Assembly (NCBI RefSeq): GCF_037042905.1 | Contig: NC_087246.1 | Coordinates: 1,738,001 to 1,802,000 of the forward strand | Length of the DNA: 64,000 bases | Reading direction: 5' to 3' | DNA from: Lytechinus pictus | Taxonomy: Eukaryota | Part shown: positions 1 to 14,618 of the stretch, one piece after another | Layout of the letters: every line of letters starts with the position of its first letter | Numbering within the stretch: position 1 is the stretch's first letter | Notes under the pieces: generated by a model | Seen by the model: only the letters and a program-made list of their open reading frames with translations | What the model was told of the DNA's origin: nothing | The model's database searches: none | Translations under genes and position numbers: made by a program

Positions 1-3000
1 GCGTTGGTGATGGGAGATTTGGTTGAACCTCTGTATGCAGAGCTCATGTTTTTGCCTCATCTCGACAATCAAAAATGTGAAACAGATTTTTACGATATTC
101 TTGCGCTTAAATCCAGATACCAGCATTTATTAAACCATTATTTCATGGAAAATTTTGATATATGAGATTTTCAACAAGTGCTGATTTTACACATACATGT
201 ACAATCATTACCTTTCAATTATAATGGCCATTTCATTTTAAGTTTCTTCTAGCAATTATGTCTGTGTTAAAAATCATAAGGGACCAGGATTATTACACTT
301 ATGTAAAATCTGCTGGTACAAATGTATTTGCCCTAATGGATGAAAAGTCATTTTCAACTTGTTAATTTTATGTACAGAAAGAAATTTTAATGATTATAAT
401 TTCTGGGAATGAATGAAATGAATGAATGAAAAAAAATGAAATTTTGAATATATTATAAATTTGTTTAATAAAATAGATACAGTGTAAATAATGAAATTTT
501 AGTGACTTTAATGAATGTAGCCCATATGAAAATTATTTTAAAAAATATTTCAAATCATAATTATCGTAGCCAAATAATCCAACACTTTCTCAAAATGGAA
601 TTGAATATCAAAAGAGAAGTCAGATATGAGATAAGACAATTTTCAGAATACAATCTGCAATCTGGCACTTTAATGGTACATGTATGTTAAGAGTTAAGAT
701 TGTGTTCCAGGAGGAATAAGGAAACTATAAAGTTAGGATGTCAGTTTTTAAGGCTGTTGTAAGATACTATCCATCATAAGGATGTGATCAATCAACTCTG
801 ATCAATAAATGACCAATCATTTCTTCTAGATAAAATATCTTGACCAGCTGAGTGGCCAAGCTTAGAAGTTATTCTTGTTAACTTCTTGCAGGAATTTATA
901 AAATACATAAACCCCTTTATATAAGGTTTAAAATTAATCATGGGATAACACAGTTTTCATATTTTGCTTGTGTTAATGGAATGAGGGGGCAAATACATGA
1001 ATTAAAAAACAAAAATTGAAATCGAGGGAGCGGAGTGACAGAGTTTGTCATGAGGGCAATTTTAAATTTTCCAAAGTTTTGTTGAATTTTATGAAAATTA
1101 TCAGTAAAAAGATGAAATTTTACCCTTTTTTTTGGGGGGGGGGGAGGGGGCAGTTGCCTCCCAAATGCCTGATAATGATTTTCCACAATTTTCTGCATGA
1201 TGCCACGAATGAGTATGTCATTGCTGATGGGATTTATGAAACTGAAACATAGAATAAGATGAATTTTCTTTAAAGTGAATTGTGAGATGTTCAGTAAGTA
1301 AAATATAATAATGGATTCATCTGAATGTTTATTGATACAGTCTTCCATAAATCTATTTGAATTGACAGATTAAAAAGATAAAACAAAAGCTGAAGGCTCT
1401 TTATTGAGAAAGTGTCCAGGCACATATTTCAGGAATTGCATATTTTGTTGATAATTCATTATCATCACACAATTACATACATTTATGATTCCATTGATCT
1501 GGTGCCAGTTGCTCACATTAATAATTGTACATTGGAACAAATGTAATGCTTAGATTCAAACTTAACACTCTCCATTATCCTTATAATTTCCTTTGCATTT
1601 ATGAGAATAACAAATCCTGTCATAACACAAATTCTAACTATGTCTTCCTAAAAATTTGCATTTTTTTTGCAGGATTGTAGTAACCACTTCAATATTTCAC
1701 AGAAATGAGTGTTATACATGCCAATATTCTTTACAGTAATCATAGATTTTTGTTATGAAAATATCCTTTAGAACATATAATTACAGTTTTCAAGATCTGT
1801 CCCAAGAGGGGTTTAGCGACTGATTTTTATTTTTTAAAGATGCATGCATCTAAAGTTTAGATTTTAATCATATTTTGCTTGTAGGCTATTTGGATAGGCT
1901 AAAAGTAAGTGATTGAAATCGATTTTTAATATAATAATACCTAATTTAGACAGTTAAGGATTCTGAATTAAAAAAAAATTGTTCAATGCGATGATATAAC
2001 TGTTTGTACTGTCATACTATGTATTGGTGTCTGTTCGAATAGTGATTTTGTATCACTTTACTAGTAGCATTGTGTACGAGCCTGTGTATGTATCATTGCT
2101 TTTTTGGAAAGATTTGTATTTCACATTTCATCATTCATTTATTTGTTTCCTCTATGATACTTTTTGATGTGCATTTTTAGTATACAAGGCAAGAGAGAAA
2201 GAGAGGGAACGAGAAAGGAGGGGGGGGGGGGAGATGATTCGCTAATAGTGATTGACTAATTTATAAAAGAATGATAAACCACATTCACTTATTCTGGTAT
2301 ATTACAATAAAATTCCAATCCAATTAGGTTGCCAATGAGGTGCTATTCTCCTCACAAAAAATATAAGATTATATAGACCTGTTTTCTGTAAATTTGATAC
2401 ACCATCTGTATAGATTGTAGATTTTGGGTGTGGCCAATGCAATATGACCTCTTTACGACGATATCAAGTAGCATGTCATATGACCAGGTGTTAATTACTT
2501 GAGCTTGGAATTAACGAGCGTTTAGTCTCAAGTACAGAAAGGATTGCGCCGTAATAAGAGAAGCTAAAGTTATTCATGCTATGTAATTCACATCATTCTT
2601 CAAAGATTATTTCATCTGAACTTACTATAAAGTATTATTATCTTTTAATTGCAAATAATTTAAGTAGTTCCAACTCACAAAAACATAAGTAAATTGGCAG
2701 TCAAACCAAAATCAAGTGCAAACTGACTTTAAAGATATTATCGATTGCTGGTTTTAGATAGTTTATTTGCAAGGCTAAAAATAGAGGAAAAATGATTGTT
2801 AAACGGAATAATGTAGATTAGTTAAAATTTTGTGATTATTAGAGCTCTGTACACTATTCAGTATTTTACATGTTTTAATTGCGAATTGTATGATATTAAT
2901 TTCATCCATGATTCAAGAATATGCATTGATTTTTACCAAATAATGAATAATTGGCAAATATCTATTTTTAATTTCAAGTATTTTATCCTCCCATGTAACC

Positions 3001-4939
3001 TGGCTTGTGTCATTCTATATGGGTATTTTAACTTTAAAGATTCAAATAAAATATAAAAGTAGACTGAAAATGGAAACAGATCTCAACTTTTCTTACTCTT
3101 TGTCCATAAACGTGTGTTTTGTCAAAAATCATGTAATAATACAAAGAAATCTAGAGGGGATGGTTTGACATGTAAGGTTGTGGAGTTCAGTGAAATGACA
3201 TGTGAACCTGTGTGAAAATACACTCCCAGGTATTTGGAATGTCAATATCGAGAGTCCTCGTCATTCTTGAAAAGTCAATTTCATATCCATAGACTGCATG
3301 CCGACAACAAACCTTCTGACATTCAGGTGATCAATGGAGAGGAAATTAAGAACTAAACTTATTGAATGACGGACATTCTTTGAAATAGAATGTTGGTATA
3401 GGGAGAGATGGAATAAGAAATGGAAGAAAGAGAAAGTGAAATGGAGTGAGAGAGGGAATAAAAGGAGGAAGGGTGAAAAATTGCAGGAACTGAACATAGA
3501 TATGTAATTTTTTGACTGTCAGACATCAGATATACTCTCCCATGAATGATTACATTAATTGTTTTTTTCTTTACCATTGTACCTGAGAAAGCAAAATATC
3601 ATGGTAATTGTTCAGATTAATTTAGTATGCAAATGAACGTGAATAAATATAGGAGATAAGTAAAATATTCATGATCAAAGTAAGCATTTAAGTTGATACA
3701 AAAAAAAATTAAGTTGAGATTTAGCGAATGAGAGTGCGATAATAAAGTATGTTACTGAGTGACTCTGAGATTCAGATAAAGGGGAAAAGAAATGATTTGT
3801 AATATATCATAGTATTGTCAGAGGGGAAGGGGATTTATCAGAAAAAAATTAAAATTGATGGAAACTAAATAGAATTAAGAGAAAAGGGAAAGTGGAATGG
3901 AGTGCATGCTGATTTGCATGTATTTGTAATAAATCCAGATCGATTGTAGTTAGGTACTATATTAATTGTTGATTTTATTTGAATCCTAAAGATTTACTTC
4001 CAAATCTCAAAGTGTTTAGTCCTTTTAAATAAAAAAGTTTTAGGATTCAAATAAAGTCCCAAATTCGTTTTGTCCATACACTAACATTCTGGATTTGTTC
4101 TAAACCAATGCAAGTTGTATTGTCTGACGAATGCGGTTAAGGTTGAAAGTGAGTATCACCAGAAGAGGGGGAGGGGGTATAGAGAGAGAGTCATTGGAGG
4201 GGGGGGGTAGGGGTAGAAGGGGGGCGGCTTGGAGGAGGAACGTTAATCAGGATGTAGATGAGAGGGAACAGGAAGGTTGGTGACTGATCAGGAAATGATA
4301 TGTGGTAGAAATCAATTGAATCGGCTAAACTTCTAGAAGACTTTTTGAGATCTCTTGGCTTATTGATGCCATCTTCCTGTAAGAACATTCTTAGTTCTGT
4401 GATAATATTTGACAGCAACAAGGACGTTATTCCATGGACATATGCTTCTTTGGACTGGCTGACTGTTATCATAGAGGTCTTATATTTGTAATTAAGATAT
4501 GTAAAACAATACAACACAAAGCCACTGGACTTCTAACAACAAAAGAGGACGTTGACCATAGGCTTTATAGTGTTTTTCAAAGAGAAAATGTTTTAAGAAT
4601 GCATGCTACCAGTCAAACTAGAATAACAACCAAGTATGTTCTTCATCAGATTTGTTTTTAGTTATATTTTTACTTTTACATTGAATGTTATTAGATTTTA
4701 GGATTTTAGGAAGTCCTTTGATATGAAGATTTGTGATTCATCGCAAAAACAATTAAATCTAATTGGTTTCTAGTCCTAATTTTATACAGCATGGCATGCA
4801 AGAATGCAAAGATGAGTTTAATTTTCCATTGTCAATTTTTAATTGATTACAAACCATTGTGATCCAGGGTCCTTGGAATCCCGTGGGATAATAAGGTTTT
4901 AGCTTAATAAATGACCATGAAAATATGTACAATGATTCA

Positions 4940-5265
4940 AAGACGAAAATAAGGAAAGGAACATAACATTTTATTAAACGTAATGTGTTTCGAGGTTTAC
5001 ACTTCATCATCAGCCTAAAATCATAGAAGAGAGTCACTGGTACTTATACATTTGGGATATCAACTTTATCAAGGTAATTTTTATTTTCACTCCTTTTTAA
5101 ATTCTTCCTGTTCCACATATTGTTGTATTCTGTAACTACATTCTTGAAATTTACCTTGATATCCCAAAGTGACTCTCTTTTATGATTTTAGGCTGATGAT
5201 GAGGTGTGAACCTCGAAACATGTTCCGTTTAATAAAATGTATGTTCTTTTCCTTATTTTTGTCTC
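4940..5265. mobile_element. Degenerate inverted pair of Penelope-like terminal segments carrying hammerhead-like motifs
   Basis: About 4940-5037 is an imperfect reverse complement of about 5169-5265. The right copy reads CTGATGA-T-GAGGT-GTGA-ACCTC-GAAACATGTT followed by AATAAA. Confidence 0.55.
5191..5226 (+). ncRNA. Minimal type I hammerhead ribozyme-like motif
   Basis: CUGAUGA at 5193-5199; stem II GAGGU/ACCUC; GAAA at 5215-5218; palindromic ACAUGU in place of stem III. Stem I is only about 2 bp. Confidence 0.5.
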
Positions 5266-5503
5266 TAAGTTTATATCATGTCATTCTTTTGGTCAACAAT
5301 TTGTAAGTCTGCCTATTCTAGACGATTTCATTTATACACCATTTTGAACAAGACATTCCTTATCAAATAGGATTCTCCACACACAATGGGGAAAAATAAA
5401 TTGGTCAACTTCGAGTAGTAAGATCCGAAGCCAGTATGTCCTACTATGAATGGTATTGAAACGCCTGTTGATTAATTTATTCTTATTTTGTTCTGGTGTA
5501 CAG

Positions 5504-5625
5504 GTTTATCGCTACCAAGGACCAGTAACAACTCACCCAGCTACAACAACAATAGCAGCAATACTAACAGCAACAATAGCAGAGGACTGGCAACAACTCA
5601 AGGATTTGAATCAAGTATCAAACCA
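5504..5625 (+). CDS. SMTN: Smoothelin-like coding exon (GLSLPRTSNNSPSYNNN...FESSIKP)
   Basis: Acceptor tgtacag|, donor |gtgagt, open frame; phase 1 in, phase 0 out, matching the next exon. Confidence 0.6.
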
Positions 5626-7344
5626 GTGAGTTGAACTTTGAATATTGTCACCAGTTTCACAAGGCATACCAAGAAGATTTCAGCACATGGAAACAAATTT
5701 TTAGATTAATATGTCACATTATTTAAGACTATTTTTAAGATGAAAATATGTGAGTGAATTTAGTTGTTGCTACCATGGTAATACAATTATATATAAGGAA
5801 TCAACTCAGAAATTTTGATAGATTATAGATATACAGCACTTTAATGATTTTTCAAAATGCCATCAGTTTGTATGTGATCTTGGGACACTTTGTGGAAATG
5901 GTGACAATATCTATGAAATAACAAAGTAAAACCAGTAAATTTATTATTTGTGATGGCTTTTTTATGTTAATAGATGAACAATATTATGTTTTTAGGTAAT
6001 AGTAAAATTATAGTTTCAGAGACAAAGAGGAATATTTATTCGACAAACTGCTCCTGCAAAGTATTTCATGAAGGGACTTAAACGATATTACATCTGACAG
6101 GTCCTGATTTATCAACAATTACCATAGTAATGGTGCTTGTCAAAAGTTATCAGATCTGATAACTTTGAGTAAAAATTGATTTAGCATGTAGAACAGCTTA
6201 GCTTTCTTTCAATTTTGAAGCAAGGCAAGTTTGTCTTAAAAAGGATGAGAGTTATTATAACCAAGAGGTAAAATCCTTTTTATATTTAGCTATTGATTAA
6301 TGAATTAGATAGAGCTGAGGGACATAGAAATATAATTTTCTCACATGATACTAAGTCTAAGGTTTTTGGAGGGTAGCGGATGGGGGGGGGGGGGTGGAAA
6401 CACCCACAAATATCCTAAATAGATAAATTATGATGTAAATATCCTGTATCCATTAAGCTCAATTTATACTGATTGGATATCAATAGGGGCTGTTTGATTT
6501 CCTGAAATAGTTCAAATAGTGCAGTACTTGGTCCTATCTGTTTGTTTTTGTTATCTTGTATTCTGGAATGTAAATCTCACTCCTGAAAGAGGTACTTTAG
6601 ATAGGTTTGGTAAATAAAATGTCCCACTTTGCTATAGCCTAGGCTCTGTGATGAGTAATCTTACCAATGTAGGTCACTAAAGACAGTAACAGATTTCAGA
6701 ATTGTTCACAGATGTTATGACAGACTATGATGTGATTCACAGTTTTGGGAGGTGGAAAAATAAATCATGTATAGCACCCTGGAAGCACTAAGGCATTTGT
6801 CCAAGTTTTTACATGTAATTGTTAGACATAATGATACAGTTTATTTCCTCCAAAATATTCTTGAAGTTTAAGTTAATAGATATTCCAGAGTAAGGATATA
6901 CTTCCATTTTGTGATTTGACCACCTGACAACTACATTGACCTAAATTTGTTTAGATTTGGGTCAGGAGCTGACCTACATATTGCTAGCTTCGGGATACTT
7001 TTAAACTTTCACCTCCTTTGGAATTCATTTTTGATAAAGAGGAAAACAAATAAATATATTTAAAATTGAATTGAATGAGATTTCAGGTCTGTTTTTAGAA
7101 GTTTGAAAGGCTAAGTAACATGTGACCTGGATGCAGTGCAGTATCCGGGGGGGGGGGGGGGGGGGGGGTACAAGGGGGACATATGCCCCAGGCACCACTT
7201 CCATAGGGATGAAAATTGATAAGCAGAAAAGGGAAAAATTATTGTAATAACAAACATTGAAGTTAATTGAGCTGGAAAGCTCTAGAAGACGTCCAGCACC
7301 AAAAGTTAGAAGAGGTGTAATTTCAGTATTCAATCACACAGTAA

Positions 7345-7542
7345 GATTTTTGGGTTCCATGAAATTTGCTCCGATGGAAAATCTGCTTGTTAAGCCAACC
7401 GTAAAACATAACCTATAAAACTAAATAAACCCTAATCCTTATCTTTATATTATTCTGAAACAAAAGTTTATTACAATCCTAACTCTAACCTTATGCCCTC
7501 TAAGATATTGAGACCGGAGTAAGTGTCGCAGGAGCAAATGTT
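7345..7542. mobile_element. Short non-autonomous element remnant with CCTAA(C/T) telomere-like subrepeats
   Basis: Inverted ends atttgctcc / ggagcaaat; internal cctaatcc and cctaactctaacc repeats. Confidence 0.35.
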
Positions 7543-8026
7543 TTGAGGGGGGGAGGGGGATGGGTAGTGGGCCATTGGGGTCAAAAAGTGCAACCGTAAC
7601 TTTTGAAATTCTAGAATGTTACCCATTGTTAGAATTTCGTCATTATTTATTAATTGACATAAAGTAGGCCTCTTCCTAAACCCTTGTCCACAATGTATGA
7701 AAGGTTCACAGGAACTAGGATAGAGACTTGAAAGAAAGTTGAATGTTTACCCTTGTGAGTTTGTTTGTGAGTAAGAGAAATATAATCAAGTTAGTACACA
7801 ACAGCCCTGTGTGGCCTCCACCATTTGGGAGCTGGGTGGTTGCCATGGTTACTGTGTTATCACTCTGAACAGAGGGCTGGGATATAAGATAGTTCATAGT
7901 TATTTTTCTGTGGGTAGATATCCAGTGGGCTACTGTAGGACATTCATTGTAGGTTAATGGATCAATATTTATTTTATTTAATTAATACAAAGGTGACAAA
8001 TTTACTGTGCACATAAATTATATGGG

Positions 8027-8428
8027 AATTTCACATGACAATGTACTTGTTCATTCAAATACTGGGATGACAGAATTCTGTCACTTTGTTAAAACAATTG
8101 TATTAACCAGGAATTTTCATTTTCAGGAATCACCGTAACACAATATAGCACTTTTATGGTCTTGCACTTGTGGTATATCTGTCAAAGATGCTCAAACATG
8201 CTCTAAAAATAATATAAAATCAAGAAAGAAATGAATTCTCAATTTCTACCAGTTCATGAAATAAAACCAGATATGAGCTAGAGTATTATATACTCTAGCT
8301 CATTACTGGTTTCTTAAAATGGTAGAAATTAAAAATGACAATTCCTGATTAATACAATTATTTTAACAAAGTGACAGAATTCTGTAATTCCAGTATTTGA
8401 ATGGACAAGTACATTGTCATGTGAAATT
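8027..8428. mobile_element. MITE with about 95-bp imperfect TIRs
   Basis: aatttcacatgacaatgtacttg...cagaattctgtcactttgttaaaa (from 8027) is mirrored by ttttaacaaagtgacagaattctg...caagtacattgtcatgtgaaatt (to 8428). Confidence 0.65.
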
Positions 8429-8583
8429 ATAGTATAGATATTTAGGTGCAATTATCCTGTTATTGTCATTTTACTTTATTTAATGAGCTTGATATCAAAA
8501 ATTAAACAGGAGAATACAGAGCTGTTTTTTTTTTTTTTTTTTTGGGGGGGGGGGGGTAATTTGCAATGACCTGTCTACTGCCA

Positions 8584-9351
8584 TTGATTTTGATTTGATA
8601 GAATTTATTCCATTCATCATAAAAACAAAAACAAGGCACATACAAAGTTAACATATATTACATGGGAATATTGCAAATAATACAATGATAAATTCTGGGA
8701 AACAGTTGAATAAAAAAAAGAGTGTACATAATTTATAAACGAATGAGGAGGCAACTAGAAAGGGAAAGCCTTATTAGTGTTGCCACCTTTACAAAATCTG
8801 GAAACTGAATATATATGATATTGTAAAATAAATGATGTAATAAATACTGAAAAACAGATATAAACATTGAACATAAAAGGGGGAAATACAAATTATAACA
8901 CAATGACAATATATATATATATATATATATATCAACGATAATTACTAAAAAAGAAGGGGGAAGAAAAGAAACCTGATCATACATTATTTGAATATTTACT
9001 GAGAAGTTGGGTTTTATATCTCCTTTTAAAAACATTTAATGATGGACCAGATTTAACAGAAAACGGTAACTTGTACCAGATAACGGGTCCTTTGTAAAAA
9101 ATACAATTCTTTGCTAAAGAGGTGCGTATTTTGGGTATGTGGAAGTCTGAAGATCCTCGCGTATGATAAGAATGAACATAGGCATTGTAACAAAATATTT
9201 CTGAGATATTGTTTGGAATATATCTTTTGTAACATAAATACATAAAAATTGCAATTTCATAATCAGAGAAATCATAAACATTCAACAAATTTAACTGACT
9301 AAACAGCGGCTTGGTATGGGCAAGAAAATTGGCATGTGTAATGATTCTCAC
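8584..9351 (-). mobile_element. 5'-truncated LINE (CR1/L2/Crack-group) 3' end: ORF2 C-terminus, 3'UTR and repeat tail
   Basis: ORF 8977-9351 (RIIT...HTKPLFSQLNLL...VHSYHTRGSSDFHIPKIRT...GPVIWYKLP...SLNVFKRRYK) matches the typical post-RT C-terminus of CR1-group LINEs. The minus strand ends aataaattctatcaaatcaaaatcaa. Confidence 0.8.
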
Positions 9352-11325
9352 TATTCATTAATTCATTTCTCTGAAGATAACTGGTCAAATCCTTGATTCA
9401 TTTCTCTAGCTTAGCATGGGATGTATGTAAAGATAACCATGAACTTCTAAAGACAGGCCTATTTTAAAAAATAAATTTCATATGTATTTTGTTCAGAAAG
9501 GGCTCAATAAATGCATATCATGTGGTAGGCCTATGCTCAGAATCCCTATCTTGACTGTGTTGATAGTGCTAAGCCGCAGTTTAGCACTATGTGGTAGATC
9601 AGATGGGTATGAGTAGATCTTAGTTGATCCCTAAATGAGCCCCTCCCATCTTTAATACCATATCATAGCACCTGATAGTCCCAACAAAGCTTTCAAGGAT
9701 TAGACCAAATGTCTGCTACTTTCTTGAAGGATTCTTTCAATTATCTGAGTTGGTTTCGAGTACACACCTGCATCAGACGGGTATAGATAGAAATGTTTTG
9801 GAAGGGTTTATATTACCTGTCTATTCCAGAATATAATATCCCTTTCATGAATTCACCCATATAATCCCAACTCATTGCAAATCAGAATATAAAGCAGACC
9901 CATAATAAAGTTGCATTCAAGAATTCAGAATGATTTTTTATTTGAGAATCTCGATCATGCATTCAAAGATGAAATTGAGTGCAGATCGAGTCTTAATAGT
10001 ATAAGCAGCACTTATGGTATTTTTGTGGACAAAGTCATTTCTTTCTTCTTCTGGAAAAACATTTTGAGCCAGACTATAATCTTCAAATAGCAAGTTGGAA
10101 ATACTTATTCTTAGCCAAGGAGTTTCCTCTTCATGTATTCTCAGGGTGCCCCATCCTCATTAAACCTTGCTCACGAGGTAGGCCTATAGATGTTAAATTA
10201 ATGATGTAGAGTATTGATTGATGGATCAGTGAATTTAGGAAGAAACTATAAAGTATTTGATAGGATGGTTGGAGTAATGAATGATATCCTACCAGCTGCT
10301 CTGAGGGTGGGGTGATGACAGGGGTGGGGTGGAGAGGATATTGGCTTCATTCCGACAGAACGCTTTATATTAGATAGGGACAGCTATCGGGGGGGGGGGG
10401 GGGGATAAAGTGACAAATTCATGGACAGACAGGCTGATAAGTTGAATATATAATAAGGCAGATCAGATGAAAGCAGGTTGATAAATATTTTCAAACATGA
10501 AGATACACCTCTAAAAAAGCAATAAGAATCAGAGGAATAAAATAGTGAACTTGAAAGGGAATAAATTATCAGTGGCATGAGATATATTAATGGGAGTATT
10601 TTAGAGATAGTTTACACACTAATGTAAGTGCCAAATAATATAAAAGTGTCAAATTGTTAGAAAGTATCCAGGCATCAGCTTATTGATATGAGTGCATTTT
10701 ACTTAGAGACTTATCCCAGTTATTTGTTAAATTCACTGTCATTGGTGGGAAAATGTATTGTATGTGAACATGATTCTCATGTGTTTGGACTCAGTATCTT
10801 ACCCCACTTGGACTGAGTTGTCAAATTAAGTTAACCCCTATGTTAACCCCTCTCTTTCCTTTTTTTTTTTTATAGCTTTGCTTTCAGCATTAAATCAGGT
10901 AAAAGGCAACTTTATAATGGCCTATATGTTCTGAGTCTGAAGTTTGATCAATATCTTTTAAACATATCAAGGAGGTGGGGTGGGGTTGGGAGGGGAAAGG
11001 GGTGTCATTTTCAACTGCTCCCACCCCATCTTACCAGTTCACCTACATCATTTGATATAATACTTCATGCACTTTATACAGTTGTTTGAAATGTGCAGCT
11101 GGGCTAACAAACTAATAGAACTAGTAACAGATTTATTTAAATCAAAGCAAAAATAACTGAACTAGAAAACCAACAATTGAATGGGACCATAAGACTCCAT
11201 TAATTAGAGAAGTGATTAAATAAGTCAGTTTAAGGAGTCAAGAAATTTGCAGTTGGCTTCCTTTAAACAAATATGAAATTGAATATTATTTGAAGAGGAT
11301 CCCCAAAGAAGGAGACTTTCATAGC

Positions 11326-13176
11326 CTTGTTCCATTAGAATTCAGTAGATTCACAATCCAGGCCAAATTTTTAACTTCGGGGTCGACATCGCGCAGGCGC
11401 AGGGAGCGCACATTGCTGGTGACTGTGATGCTTCAAAAATGAAAACCATATACACCAAAAATGGTCTAAATTTCGCAAAGAAATATGTGGGCAAATTTCT
11501 CTCCCACCTCCCAACCGCGTAGCCAGGATTTCATTTTGGAGGGGGCGGTAAATGCACGCGAAGCGTGCCAACACTTACAGAGCGCACGAAGCGTGCTCCC
11601 TAGGGGGTGGATGCAGGGAGGGAGAGTTTCCCCCTCCTTTGCGAAGCGCGAAGTTTTCGGTGTTTCATAAATTGAAATAAAAAGGAGCCGCCTCCCTTGT
11701 CTCTAGTACATATATCAGCTCCAATTCATTTGAATATATTGTGATTTTGAACCTTGTTTTCAAAAGTGATTGTAAAACGAACAAAAAAGGGATATAATGG
11801 AGGAAATTAAAATAATATTAACCCCGCGCTTCGCGCGGAAGCTAAAGCGTTTTTTAAATTTTTTGCACAGAAAATGGTCCCGAGAAAAGGGTATCCTCTT
11901 AGTTATATTGAATACTTCCATTGGAAAGATCAGATTTGATTACAAACAATTTAGCGACAGTGCATATCTTAACACGCAAAACAGAGGAGAAGAAGGATAT
12001 ATGCCGGGAGGAATTAGATATTCCTCCCCGCTCAGAGCAATGAAACTCTGGAATTTCAAACGGGCGGACGTTTCATCAAATGCAGATATCTCTAATACCC
12101 CCATCAGCTCTAATTCAATTAATTTTCTAAGATTATTGAACTTCATTACAAGGAAAATAGTGCGCAAAAAGTTGAAACTTCTGTAATTATTGAAATTATA
12201 TAAAACACGATGATGTATAATTTCTTTCACTTATCACGATGCGCTTCACTTTGAATGATAAAGAAACTTAAGTGTCATTCAAAATTTCAAAATGAGGGCG
12301 CAAAACCGGACAGGAGATGAATGTGCAGGGAAATGACATGAAGTTGAATAGAATTTGATAAAAAATATTGTACTTTTTTTTATTTAATACGACACAAATT
12401 TTATACCTTCCTCTTTTTATATTAGGAACATGTTTGCCCCCAAATTATGGTTGTTTAGTAATGAGCTGAAAAGCGGGAGAAGTTGCCTATATGGAGGTGA
12501 CGGCAGAAATTGAGATAAAGATTTTACCCGCCCAGAGCCGACCCGACCAGAAGTTGCGCGATCAATTAAAAAAAAAGATAAATTCATATACTTCGGCCTA
12601 ACCTTACTCTAATTCCATGCCCTAATGTATAAATTTGAACTTTAACTGGCAAGAAACACATATAGCTGAGGTGGGAAAACAGGGTTAGAGAAAGGGTGAG
12701 GGAAACAAAGGAGAACTGCAATATTGTCATTTAACCGCGTGCAGTGCGGAAGCAAAATTCATATACCGGTATATAGATTTAGAGCAAGAGTGAAGGAGTT
12801 TCTTTTTTGAGAAAAAAAAAAGAATAAAAAGAAAAACCCACAAAGCTACCTTTCTTCCCTTTCCTCTCTTCGCTTTTCCTTTTCTCCTCTCTTTTTCCCC
12901 TTCTTTTTTTTTCTTTTTGGGGACGTTTTGGGGGGGGGGGCGACTGCCCCCACCGCCCCCCCCCCCTGGCTACGCGCCTGCCACCTCCTAGACCTTAGTA
13001 AACAGCAATTACAGCATATCCGGTCAAGCCGCATCGGCCAGCACTGAATAATCGCATGTACTACCGCGTGCAAAAGATTTCGACTTTTTCCTATGAGGCA
13101 TTGCGAATTTCGGCCTATCCGCTGCAACCGATAGATGACGCACCGTATTTGTGATTCCACCGAATTGAGTGACAGG
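11326..13176. mobile_element. Older GC-rich element hosting a nested hAT-like insertion
   Basis: Degenerate inverted ends aattcagtagattcacaa / ttgtgattccaccgaatt; CpG-rich body on both sides of the nested element. Confidence 0.4.
11512..12980. mobile_element. Non-autonomous hAT-like DNA transposon
   Basis: TIRs caaccgcgtagccagg / cctggctacgcgcctg; 8-bp TSD CCACCTCC at 11504-11511 and 12981-12988; no transposase ORF. Confidence 0.8.
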
Positions 13177-14618
13177 ACACTTTCTTAAGTCTATAGTAAA
13201 TTTGTTATGATTTTATCAAATTAATTTCATTTGGGATTTGTATAGGTACTCCAGAGATTCACAAGGATAGATTTTGTTCCAAAATAGAAATATTCAAGTT
13301 CGTTTCTACAATTTCATGCTCAATTAGATTGAGTCTGTAATTACAGTACTATATTGTTACAGACATCAGATTTATTTGGGAACAGAATGTTGTCATGACC
13401 TCATTTGACCTTTATACCAATCTGATGACTGTGACAGAGGTTAGCATATTTCAGTGATCCCATCCAATTAGACAACATTCCTTTGGTCATGTGATACCTG
13501 TCTGGAGGTCATATGGATAGATGAAATATACCTCTGTCTATACTCAAATCTAGTGAATTTTGATGTTTTTTTGCCTATATGAGATATTGAAATTCTTATA
13601 TTTGTTAAGATGTCTATGATTAGGTCTACTTATATTTATTTGTATACATGATTGTATGGTAAGATAACTTTATGTTGATGTTGTTTGCTTCTGTCATGTC
13701 TGTCTTTCCATGTCTAATTATAAGTTATACTATAATTCAATGTATCATTGATGACTACTGAGTTGAACCCAGGATTTAATAAGAATCATAAAGATTTATT
13801 TCTTAATCTCAAATGACTATATTTCCGATCTTTAAAGGTTTAGATGCAAGTCTAATATATTGTTTAGTTGTCACTGACCACAACTGATCTGTATTTGAAT
13901 TTATTCAATGAAATCAAGATTGTACTGTAGTGTAAGCATTAGCACTGGTTAATTTAAATATTCACTTAAAATATGTTTTCTTTTGTATTTTTATGTTTGA
14001 TTGTAGTCTTTATGATTGGTTATCAAGGAATAAGCTGAATTTTGTTGTTTTATTCACTAATTTATTTATCAAAGCTTAATCCTCTACTTTTATTGATCCC
14101 TAAATTTTCTCTTCATTTTGCAAGCTTTAAGATAAGGTCCATCACTTTCTAGTCTGCAATAGGGTAGATGTAGAGCTGTTTACCAACACGTTTCAGAATG
14201 TATCATAGCTGTACTTTTAAGCCATGATTAATCGGTCCTAACCCCCAATAAATGCCTTATGAAGAATCCTGTTAGCTCCTTAACCTCCCTGTGACATTTA
14301 TACCGGGTAATCCTATGCCAAGTAGACGTCATGACTTAACCTTGTTTGTTTATCAAGTTCAGCCTTGCTGTAACATCCATAACATTCTGCCTGTCTTTTT
14401 ATAATCCAGTCTGATATTTAAAATTACCATAAATATTTAATCTTCAGTCTGCTTAGGACAGAAATAGAAGAGAAGTTCAAGAAAGAGAGAGAGAGAGACT
14501 TGGAAGGGGGAAAGGCGGAGAGACTGAGAGAATGATATGATTTTTGTGTGAACATTCTATATTTAGATTTGTAGGTGATTTCTTAATTGGGGATTTGATT
14601 TTTTTCTGTGCAATTCAG

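Noticed and set aside
2775..2784. MEF2-like site CTAAAAATAG
   Set aside because: A single AT-rich 10-mer is expected by chance in this base composition, and there is no supporting cluster.
11797..12230. ORFs inside the hAT-like element as a transposase
   Set aside because: They are short, with no recognisable DDE, BED-finger or dimerisation motifs.
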